From positions 1,020,001 to 1,052,000 of the forward strand of contig NZ_CP011041.1 in assembly GCF_002310835.1 (NCBI RefSeq): 32,000 bases of DNA, written 5' to 3'. The position numbers and the translations under genes are program-made. The first letter of the stretch is position 1. Each line of letters begins with the position of its first letter. Below the pieces are notes generated by a model that ran no database searches, was not told the origin of the DNA, and saw only the letters and a program-made list of their open reading frames with translations. Source of the DNA: Pseudoalteromonas tetraodonis (GTDB lineage Bacteria; Pseudomonadota; Gammaproteobacteria; Enterobacterales; Alteromonadaceae). Shown piece after piece: positions 24,665 through 32,000 of this stretch.

Positions 24665-26029
24665 ATGTTTGTTGGTTTTGATTATGGTAGTTCTAATTGT
24701 GCTATGGGTGTTTTAAACGAAGAGCGTGTTCAGCTCATCCCTTTAGAGCAAGGCAAACATTATCTTCCATCAACTTTATACACACATCATAGCGCCTTAG
24801 TCGTTGATTTTGTTGCGCAGCATTTGCAGGGCTCAGAGCATGAGCATGCCTATAAAACCGCGCGCCAACCCTTACTTAATACACTCCCGCGAATTAAATC
24901 AGACCTAGACTTACAAGCCGGCGACGACACTCTATTTATTGGCCGTGAGGCAATTAATGAATATGTGCAATTTCCTGAAGAGGGTTATTTTGTAAAATCC
25001 CCTAAATCATTTTTTGGCGCAACGGGCTTAAAGCAAGGGCAAATCAATTTTTTTGAAGATATTGCCACAGCAATGATTTTAAAAATAAAACAACGTGCTG
25101 AATTATCTTTAGGGTATACGCTGAGCCAAACTGTTATTGGACGCCCAGTGAATTTTCAAGCGGTCGGTGGTGAGCAGTCAAACCAACAAGCCGTGGGTAT
25201 TTTAACACGCGCAGCAAACCGAGCAGGCTTTAAAGATGTTGAGTTTTTATATGAGCCACTCGCGGCTGGGATTGATTATGAAAGTGACTTAACGCAAGAC
25301 CAAAAAGTATTGGTGATTGATATTGGTGGTGGTACCAGTGACTGCTCATTTGTACAAATGGGGCCAAGTTTTAGGAATAAGCAACAACGAGATGCAGACT
25401 TTTTAGCGCATAGCGGAAAGCGAGTAGGCGGAAACGATTTAGATATTGCTTTGAGCTACCATGGTTTAATGCCGTTACTCGGGCTTGGCAGTACGTTTAA
25501 GTCAGGTTTACCACTACCTAATCAACCATTTTGGCAAGCTTGTAAAATTAACGATGTGAATTTACAGAGCCAGTTTTATAGTGCCCAGCATTATCGTGAA
25601 CTCAGTGCGCAGTTACGCGATGTCAGCGCTCCTGAACTTTATAAACGACTTATTCACTTACAGCAAAATAAGCAAGGTCACCAATTAGTTCAACAAGCTG
25701 AAGCGGCTAAAATTGCATTAACATCCGCAAATAGTTTTAATTGTGATTTAGCCTTTTTAGATAACTCATTAAGCAAAGATATTTCAGTCGCTGATTTAGC
25801 GCTTGCTGTTGACGATAGCATTAGTCAGATTGTTACCTTGGCTAAACAGGCAATTACTGATGCGAATACCACTCCCGATGTGATTTACTTAACGGGAGGA
25901 AGTGCACAGTCTCCATTAATTAAAGCGGCGTTGAGTGAGCATTTAGGCAACATAAAAATGGTGAACGGTGATCACTTTGGTAGTGTAACTGCTGGCCTTA
26001 CTAAATGGGCCAGCATGCTTTATAAGTAA
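24665..26029 (+). CDS. yegD: Hsp70-family ATPase YegD
   Basis: 454-aa ORF collinear with E. coli YegD as I remember it: MFVGFDYGSSNCAMGV..., FVKSPKSFFGATGLK, VIGRPVNFQ, DIGGGTSDCS, GGNDLDIAL, IYLTGGSAQSPLIK, DHFGSVTAGL. Confidence 0.9.
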   Translation: MFVGFDYGSSNCAMGVLNEERVQLIPLEQGKHYLPSTLYTHHSALVVDFVAQHLQGSEHEHAYKTARQPLLNTLPRIKSDLDLQAGDDTLFIGREAINEYVQFPEEGYFVKSPKSFFGATGLKQGQINFFEDIATAMILKIKQRAELSLGYTLSQTVIGRPVNFQAVGGEQSNQQAVGILTRAANRAGFKDVEFLYEPLAAGIDYESDLTQDQKVLVIDIGGGTSDCSFVQMGPSFRNKQQRDADFLAHSGKRVGGNDLDIALSYHGLMPLLGLGSTFKSGLPLPNQPFWQACKINDVNLQSQFYSAQHYRELSAQLRDVSAPELYKRLIHLQQNKQGHQLVQQAEAAKIALTSANSFNCDLAFLDNSLSKDISVADLALAVDDSISQIVTLAKQAITDANTTPDVIYLTGGSAQSPLIKAALSEHLGNIKMVNGDHFGSVTAGLTKWASMLYK

Positions 26030-26033
26030 GCTG

Positions 26034-26498
26034 CTATAGAGATATTTGTCGGGTTGCGAGGTATTTTTCGTAATCTGGCAATGTTCGCTCAAGCTCTATA
26101 TCCATTAATGGTGAGCTAAGTAGCATATCGGCACTCACTTCATTACACGCCACAGGAATATTCCACACAGCAGCTAAACGTAGCAGAGCTTTAACATCGG
26201 GATCATGAGGTTGCGAGGCTAAAGGGTCCCAAAAAAAGACTAATACATGTATTTCATGCTCCGCTATTTTCGCCCCGAGTTGTTGATCGCCGCCCATAGG
26301 GCCACTTAATAATTGAATAACATCAAGCCCTGTTGTTTTCTCAATTAAATGCCCAGTAGTCCCTGTGCCATATAAAGTGTGTTTACTTAGAGTGGCCTTA
26401 TGTTTTTCACACCATAACTTAAGCGCGGCTTTTTTGCCGTCATGTGCTACTAAGGCTATATTTTTTTGCGCAGGTAGAGATTGTATTTTTTGATCCAT
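26034..26498 (-). CDS. mgsA: Methylglyoxal synthase
   Basis: 154-aa ORF with IALVAHDGKK, LYGTGTTG, SGPMGGDQQ and FFWDPLASQPHDPDVKALLRLA, which are canonical MgsA blocks. Confidence 0.92.
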   Translation of the reverse strand: MDQKIQSLPAQKNIALVAHDGKKAALKLWCEKHKATLSKHTLYGTGTTGHLIEKTTGLDVIQLLSGPMGGDQQLGAKIAEHEIHVLVFFWDPLASQPHDPDVKALLRLAAVWNIPVACNEVSADMLLSSPLMDIELERTLPDYEKYLATRQISL

Positions 26499-26513
26499 GC
26501 TGGTTCTTATTAG

Positions 26514-27146
26514 TTAGAGTAATAAATTGATAGCCAAGGCAATAAATACAATGCCTGTGAACCTATCAATCCAGAGCTGGCTATTTGGGTGATTTCTAAA
26601 AAATTGAGCTATTTTATCGCCGAAATAAATATACGTGCAGTCAATCGGAAAAGCAAAGATTGGATAAAGTAGCCCAAAAAATGCCAGCTGAAAGGTTGCA
26701 GATGACAAGCTAGGGTCAACAAATTGTGGGATAAAAGCAATAAAAAACAAAGCCACCTTAGGATTAAGCACTTCAGTCATCATGGCTTGAAACATGACAT
26801 TTTTGTTTTTATTGGTTGTAACATGCGGTTTATCGCTTTGCTCACAAGATGGTGGCATAAACGTGCCTTTAAGCATCATAAAACCTAAGTAACATAAATA
26901 GGCTGCACCTGCATATTGTACGCTGGCATAGGCTGTTTCAGAGGCTTTTAAAATAGCACTTAAACCAACAACCGCAAAAAATGTATGTACTACGCCACCT
27001 AAGGCAAAGCCAAAAGCACTTTGCATACCTGCTTTTCGCCCGTTAGCAAATGTTTGTGCCATTAAAAACGCGTTTGATGGCCCAGGCGCAACGGCCATGA
27101 GAAAACTGGCGAGTAAAAATGAAAGTAAAAAGTCAGGGTTGATCAT
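26514..27146 (-). CDS. LysE/RhtB-family amino-acid exporter
   Basis: The track ORF extends to 27212. That extension runs through a terminator hairpin and has odd composition. Starting at ATG 27144-27146 gives MINPDFLLSFLLASFLMAVAPGPSNAF, the usual LysE-family N-terminus. It lies 15 nt upstream of mgsA on the same strand. Confidence 0.8.
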   Translation of the reverse strand: MINPDFLLSFLLASFLMAVAPGPSNAFLMAQTFANGRKAGMQSAFGFALGGVVHTFFAVVGLSAILKASETAYASVQYAGAAYLCYLGFMMLKGTFMPPSCEQSDKPHVTTNKNKNVMFQAMMTEVLNPKVALFFIAFIPQFVDPSLSSATFQLAFFGLLYPIFAFPIDCTYIYFGDKIAQFFRNHPNSQLWIDRFTGIVFIALAINLLL

Positions 27147-27191
27147 TAAACAGTACGAAAAAGAAGTGATAAGTGATTTTATCAAGCAAAT

Positions 27192-27222
27192 ACAAAAATA
27201 AAAAGCGGGCATATTGCCCGCT
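27192..27222 (-). terminator. Rho-independent terminator downstream of the subtilase locus
   Basis: AGCGGGCA (27204-27211), loop TAT, TGCCCGCT (27215-27222). The plus-strand run AAAATAAAAA (27195-27204) gives a U-rich tail on the minus strand. Confidence 0.75.
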
Positions 27223-27291
27223 AAGTTGAGGATACTAAGTTGTTATAAAACTAGCCGTTATGCTTTTAAACATAACGAAGTGCTAAATTTC

Positions 27292-29065
27292 TTAAAAACT
27301 AACGGTGATATTATTTGAGCACACCGTAGTGCTCAGCGCTTTACATACTTGATATGTATACGTACCACCCCCTTTAGTATTAATACTGTCGGTGTAGGCA
27401 TTATTATTTGCAGTGGTAATGACTTTGCTACCATTGCGGTAGATATCAACTTGGCTTGTTGCTGCGCCATTCCAACTTAAATCAACAAATTTAGTGCCTT
27501 TTGATTTGTAACCTGAAGCGCTAAGAGAGATAGCATCTACGCCTGGCTCGGGATCAACACCACCAGTATCGCCACCCGCACAGCCGTTTGCTGTAAGGTA
27601 AGCATCAGCGTCTGCCGCTTTTACAATACCATATCCAAAGTAATCATCACGACCAGCAGTCCCTTGATCTTGCGCAGTTGCTTTTAACGCATCGCGAATT
27701 TCTGTGCCTGTAAAGTCGCTATGGTTAGACCATACTAGCGCAGCAATACCTGAAACTGCAGGCGTTGCCATTGACGTTCCACTCATAAAACCATAATCAG
27801 TTGCGCCAATATTAATTGTCACGTTTGTACTAGCAACTAATGCGCTACGATCTTCAAATGCAGCGCCTACAGCAGGAATTGAAGTATCGTTGGTATCACC
27901 TAGTGTTGCGCATAAAATGCCGGCTTCATTGTTAATAATAACCGCACCTAAACCGCCTGAGTTTTCAAAGTTAGCAACTTTGTCGTAAAATGAAACAACG
28001 CCGCGGTCAATCATACATACTTTACCAGCCGCTGCTGGATCAACTGTTTCGCCGGTCCCCATAAAGTAGGCACTCGCCGTGACTTGACCTGCATTTACCA
28101 TTGCTGATGAATTTTATGCTGTGCCATCGGCTGACATACTCGCTGCTGTAGCCATACCTGCAGGGTAGGTTGATAGCGTATCAACACCACCGGCTGTTAC
28201 TTCTACACAAATGGTTTCATCGTTTGTTGCACGTTTACCACGACCTGATGAACAACTTGGGAATTGTGAAAAATCAGCAATTTGATTATTGGCATCATTA
28301 GCACCAACCATCATTACCCGCGGCAGCAACAACAAGGCCGCCTGCATTAGTAAAGTTAGCAAACGCATTTGATTCTGTACTGTTTGAGCCGCCGCCCCCT
28401 AAGCTCATACTAATAATGTTCGCACCTGCTTGAGAACATAAATCGGCCGCTTGAGCTAAATCAGATGAGTAACCCCAGCCTGATTCGTTAAATACTTTAA
28501 TAATGTGCATTGCCACACCCAGTGCCATACCCACAACACCGAGGTTATTATCTGCAGCACCAATTGTACCGGCTACATGCGTCCCATGTGGGCCGTCATT
28601 ATCAAACCAATTACCGGTGATGTTGCCCCAAATAAAGTCAGGGTTTGAGCTATCTAAGCCGGAATCGATAACACAGACTTTCATGCCTGCATTGGCATCA
28701 AAAGTTACTTGATCAACCTGTGATTGATAAACGGCATAAGGCGTAATTTGCTGCTGCATTACATCGCCTACATCATCGTTAAATAATGACATAGGTACAC
28801 GCTTATGATCTTCTTCAATGAGTTTAATATGTGGGTTGTTGAGTAGGCCTTTTAAGCTACTTAAATCTTGACCAGTAAATTTTGCGGCAATAAATCCATT
28901 ACCATCTACTTTAATCTCACCACCTAGTTTTTTAGTAAGCGCTTTAACAACACCTTTTTTATTGTTATCAACTTGAATGATGAAGCGATCGTTTGCAGCA
29001 TGGGCAGTTCCGGCTGCACAAATACCAGTAAGAACTAATGCTAAGGCGAGTTTATTCTTTTTCAT
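27292..29065 (-). pseudogene. Secreted S8 subtilisin-family serine protease (signal peptide, I9 propeptide, S8 domain with PA insert, C-terminal beta-sandwich domain) disrupted by one frameshift and one in-frame stop
   Basis: Three track ORFs (28298..29065, 28114..28368, 27292..28101) together read as one subtilase: Asp (VCVIDSGLD), His (HGTHVAGTIGA), Asn (AAAGNDG), a PA-like insert, and Ser (SGTSMATP). The frame changes near 28298-28312. A TAA at 28114-28116 is in frame with the third ORF. Confidence 0.85.
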
Positions 29066-29290
29066 ATTATAATATCCTAGAATTAATTGGTTAACTTTCT
29101 GTTAACTTAAGCCGGCATTAAAATAATAAAAAGCAAAAAACAAGGTGTTTTATCTACAAAAACAAAATTGTTTAACTAAAAATTAATCATTTTCAAACAA
29201 AAAATATATACTTTGTTTGGATTAGGGGCGGCTAATCAAGTAGCACCTGAATTAGCCAAAATGAGAGAAGTATTGAAAATGCGTTAGTGG

Positions 29291-30466
29291 CTAAGCATAT
29301 TTAGCATAACGAAACAGTAAATAACAAAATGGAATTAATAATAGAAAGTGCGTACCAATAAGCTCTGGGGTTGATAAGTTTAAGTATTGAGTAATAAAAA
29401 CCAATAAGCTTGCTCCACTCATTTGCATTGCTCCCAAAAGAGCAGAGGCGGTGCCTGCTTGTTTAGGAAATAAACTCAAAGCACGCCCAGCGGCAGACCC
29501 AAGCGTCAAGGCAAAACCAAATGCTGCAATGAACATAGGGATCATTAATGCCAATGGCGTTTTATATTGGCTTAATAACAACATAAGTAAGCCGGCACTC
29601 ACTAGCACTAAAAGGCCTATTTTTAAAGCTCTTTTAGGTTGGCGTTTAATGTAAATAGGCATAATAAAACTAGCAAGAATACTAAGCACTGCATTGAGCG
29701 AGAACCAAAAGGTAAAGTCGGCTACGCTGCCACCTAATTCAGTAATGAGCCAACCGGGAGCCAGTGTTACAAATACCAATATGGCTGACATAGTGACCAT
29801 ACATAACAAGCTATTAAATAAAAATAATGGAGTTGAAATGATGGGGAAAAAGCGTCTTAAATCTAAAATATGCCCCTGGTAATGACTGTCTGCTGGTCGT
29901 GTTTCCCTAAACAAGAACAAAGTGACAATAAACCCCAGTAATGCAAAACCGGTTAAAAATAGAAAGTTCATTTGCCAACCAAACTGTACGGTTAGCCAAG
30001 CACCTAAAATGGGCGCTAATGCTGGAATAAAGCAAACTATACCGTTTAGATAGGTAATTATTTGGCCACTGCGTTCACTACCAAACTTATCTCTTACTAT
30101 TGCAAAAGCGACAACAAAGGTAGCGCACGCGCCTAACCCTTGAATAGCACGAGCAAACATCAGTACTAAAAAGCTAGGAGCATAATATGCACCCAATGCC
30201 GCCAGTCCATACAAAGCGACCCCAGTTAAGGCGACGGGCTTTCTGCCAAAACGATCAGCGAGTGGACCTGCAATTAACTGCCCCAAACCAACAGTAAGCA
30301 TAAAAATAGCCACCGTTTGCTGTACTTGCTTTTCGCTCACTGAGAATTGCTCTGCGATAGTGGGAAAGGCAGGCAGGTAAATATCAATGCCCATCGGACA
30401 AAAAATGACGAGTAACGCTAATATAAGTAATAAAGTAAAATTGGGTTTAGCGGGCTGTGTATGCAT
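29291..30466 (-). CDS. Bcr/CflA-type (DHA1) MFS multidrug efflux transporter
   Basis: 391-aa ORF with 12 predicted TM helices and the motif GPLADRFGRKPV (MFS motif A). The N-terminal region IDIYLPAFPTIAEQF is typical of Bcr/CflA. Confidence 0.85.
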   Translation of the reverse strand: MHTQPAKPNFTLLLILALLVIFCPMGIDIYLPAFPTIAEQFSVSEKQVQQTVAIFMLTVGLGQLIAGPLADRFGRKPVALTGVALYGLAALGAYYAPSFLVLMFARAIQGLGACATFVVAFAIVRDKFGSERSGQIITYLNGIVCFIPALAPILGAWLTVQFGWQMNFLFLTGFALLGFIVTLFLFRETRPADSHYQGHILDLRRFFPIISTPLFLFNSLLCMVTMSAILVFVTLAPGWLITELGGSVADFTFWFSLNAVLSILASFIMPIYIKRQPKRALKIGLLVLVSAGLLMLLLSQYKTPLALMIPMFIAAFGFALTLGSAAGRALSLFPKQAGTASALLGAMQMSGASLLVFITQYLNLSTPELIGTHFLLLIPFCYLLFRYAKYA

Positions 30467-30650
30467 CAGGTCTCCTTTTGTCGGTATTTTAAGTGGCGAC
30501 TGATGAAAAAGAAAGGGCTTATGGCCGATGTATCAGCCAAGTTACCTACTTTTAACCTTATTATGATTATTTTTGTTTAAGTATCACACTTCTTTAAACT
30601 GATCCGATGTGTTAATTTGCTTTTTAAGCAAAGACAATGGAAAAATAATA

Positions 30651-31124
30651 ATGAGTAATGAGTCTGCATTAATTAAAACATGGCATAAATTTAAAAAGTG
30701 GCCATGCGGTAACTGGCTTTTCAGTAAAGCCGTGTGTTTCAAGGCACCTTATTTTGGCTCTATGAAACCCACTATTTTAGATTTAAAAGCAGGACACTGT
30801 AGTGCTGTGGTTAAAAACACACGCCGTGTACATAATCACATTGGAACAATTCATGCGATTGCTCAATGTAATTTGGCTGAGCTGTGTGCGGGAGTGATGG
30901 TGGATGCGACGGTACCGTATAAAACACACCGTTGGATACCTAAAGGTATGACAGTACAATATTTAGCTAAAGTAGACACAGACGTTACCGCGATTGCTGA
31001 AATTGAGTTGCCTCATCAATGGATTGATAAAGAAGATTTAGTGGTGCCGGTAAAGCTTTATAATACCCGAAATGAGTTGGTGTTTACTGCAGATATAACC
31101 ATGTACATCACAAAGAAGAAGTAA
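30651..31124 (+). CDS. Hotdog-fold thioesterase-like protein (DUF4442/PaaI-like)
   Basis: The track ORF begins at GTG 30609. I prefer ATG 30651 (MSNESALIKTWHK...). Size and the segment NHIGTIHAIAQCNLAELCAG fit hotdog-fold thioesterases. The family call is from memory only. Confidence 0.6.
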   Translation: MSNESALIKTWHKFKKWPCGNWLFSKAVCFKAPYFGSMKPTILDLKAGHCSAVVKNTRRVHNHIGTIHAIAQCNLAELCAGVMVDATVPYKTHRWIPKGMTVQYLAKVDTDVTAIAEIELPHQWIDKEDLVVPVKLYNTRNELVFTADITMYITKKK

Positions 31125-31154
31125 TTGCTAAATTATATTTTTATATAAAGTATT

Positions 31155-31193
31155 AAAAACAATGGTTTAGTTTATTGACTAAACCATTTTTTG
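31155..31193. terminator. Bidirectional rho-independent terminator between the convergent thioesterase and bactofilin genes
   Basis: An 11-bp stem AATGGTTTAGT (31161-31171) / ACTAAACCATT (31178-31188) with loop TTATTG. An A-run lies upstream and a T-run downstream. Confidence 0.8.
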
Positions 31194-31200
31194 TTCAGGT

Positions 31201-31683
31201 TTAACTTTTTGCAGTAGACGACTTGTTTACAAACGAAAGGCCACTGTCTTCATTGTCAACAATGGCTTTTACATCGTTAACCGGTTTTGGTTTATCTTTA
31301 GCATGCTCAATGACTTCTTTTTCAAAGCGCTGCTTTAAACTACCTTCAATAATCGCACCGGCTTCTATGCTTAGTGTGTCATGAAAAATATCGCCAAGGA
31401 CATGGGCATTATTTTCGATCTTCACTTCGCTTGCATTTAAAGAGCCTATGATTTTACCTTTAACAACAACGCTGCTAGCCTCAACAACGCCTTCAACAAC
31501 ACCGGAGGAGCCGATAACTAAATGCTCAGCTTTAATATCACCGTCAATACGTCCATCGAGTTGCACTTCACCTTGGCTAACTAAAGAGCCCGTAATACGC
31601 ACATCGTTAGAAATAATTGAGGGAGTATGACTCACTCGCTTGATTGATGAGTCCGTTTTTGCTTGTTTATTTTTACCAAACAC
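31201..31683 (-). CDS. Bactofilin-family cytoskeletal protein (CcmA-like)
   Basis: 160-aa ORF with a GTG start at 31681-31683. It has the repetitive beta-helix pattern (ITGSLVSQGEVQLDGRIDGDIKAEHLVIGSSGVVEGVVEASSVVVKGKIIGSL...) characteristic of the bactofilin DUF583 domain. Confidence 0.85.
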   Translation of the reverse strand: MFGKNKQAKTDSSIKRVSHTPSIISNDVRITGSLVSQGEVQLDGRIDGDIKAEHLVIGSSGVVEGVVEASSVVVKGKIIGSLNASEVKIENNAHVLGDIFHDTLSIEAGAIIEGSLKQRFEKEVIEHAKDKPKPVNDVKAIVDNEDSGLSFVNKSSTAKS

Positions 31684-32000
31684 GAGAAAGCGCCTTTGTT
31701 ATTTTTAGTGGATTGACATGCTTGTCGTCTATTAATACTTCATAGTGTAAATGAGTACTTGTACTTCTTCCGGTACTGCCCATTAAACCAATGACATCGT
31801 GCTTTGCAACAACTTGGCCTTTTTTAACATTAACTTTGTTTAAGTGACCAAAGCGCGTTACAACGCCATTTTTATGTTCTAATTCAATAAAGTTACCATA
31901 ACCACCATTGCGGCCAGCTCGGCGTACCGTTGCATCGGCAGGGGCAAAAATTTCTGTTTTATGCCAGCCAGCTAAATCAACGCCTTTATGAAATGCGCGT
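31673..32000 (-). CDS. M23 (LytM-domain) peptidoglycan metallopeptidase, C-terminal 108 aa; the 5' part lies beyond the right edge and it is not in the ORF track
   Basis: My minus-strand translation from 31999 is RAFHKGVDLAGWHKTEIFAPADATVRRAGRNGGYGNFIELEHKNGVVTRFGHLNKVNVKKGQVVAKHDVIGLMGSTGRSTSTHLHYEVLIDDKHVNPLKITKALSRVW*. The M23 motifs HxGxD and GSTGRSTxxHLHYE are present. The stop is TAA at 31673-31675. Confidence 0.85.
   Translation of the reverse strand, partial: RAFHKGVDLAGWHKTEIFAPADATVRRAGRNGGYGNFIELEHKNGVVTRFGHLNKVNVKKGQVVAKHDVIGLMGSTGRSTSTHLHYEVLIDDKHVNPLKITKALSRVW

Noticed and set aside
28114-28368. The 84-aa ORF as an independent small gene between two protease fragments
   Set aside because: Its sequence is the collinear middle part of the subtilase. 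It is in frame with the downstream fragment and overlaps the upstream fragment. It is a pseudogene fragment, not a gene.
29120-29205. Run of A-tracts upstream of the subtilase start, considered as a repeat array or phased bending element
   Set aside because: Four of the tracts (centres near 29137, 29160, 29180 and 29201) are about 21 bp apart, which is compatible with curvature. Other tracts are out of phase, no repeated unit exists, and such A-rich promoter regions are common in AT-rich genomes. The evidence is too weak to call.
1-32000. Mobile elements, a CRISPR array, tRNA/rRNA genes, toxin-antitoxin pairs, or a defence or secretion island
   Set aside because: Reading both strands, I found no direct-repeat arrays, no transposase, integrase, recombinase, Cas or restriction-like ORFs, no cloverleaf-like conserved tRNA segments and no abrupt compositional change. 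I cannot exclude small ncRNAs without covariance-model searches.

Overview
This 32-kb window is densely packed, AT-rich gammaproteobacterial chromosome. Gene content and protein sequences look Alteromonadales/Pseudoalteromonas-like, but that is inference only. I support about 29 protein-coding loci, two of them disrupted. I saw no rRNA, tRNA, CRISPR array, transposase, integrase or phage genes.

Most genes are ordinary metabolism, transport or envelope functions:
- AlaDH/PNT-family dehydrogenase, flavin reductase, two MFS transporters, and EamA and LysE exporters
- GST YghU, rhomboid protease, and a DJ-1/PfpI protein with a divergent LysR regulator
- Dienelactone hydrolase, GDPD lipoprotein, Dcp peptidase and an MscS channel
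- TonB-dependent receptor, HAD hydrolase, YegD, MgsA and a hotdog thioesterase

Items worth a second look:
1. A cryptochrome/photolyase-family gene is followed 2 nt later by a 44-aa Cys4 DUF2256-like ORF that is missing from the supplied ORF track.
2. A periplasmic binding protein is translationally coupled to a roughly 1100-aa hybrid histidine kinase. The second PAS domain of the kinase is a clear LOV (blue-light) domain. It keeps the adduct cysteine but appears to lack both FMN-phosphate-clamping arginines. The kinase gene is split by a frameshift between HisKA and HATPase.
3. A secreted S8/PA-domain subtilase carries two independent lesions, a frameshift and an in-frame TAA.
4. There is a signal-peptide-bearing minimal ATP-dependent DNA ligase of the Lig E type.
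5. The TonB-dependent receptor has a roughly 155-nt leader with nested helices that matches no riboswitch I recognise.
6. An M23 peptidase and a bactofilin gene overlap.

I do not see a convincing novel multi-gene system such as a defence island. The SBP/LOV hybrid kinase module is the best candidate for something under-described. All domain calls come from reading the translations and from remembered family motifs. No searches were run.
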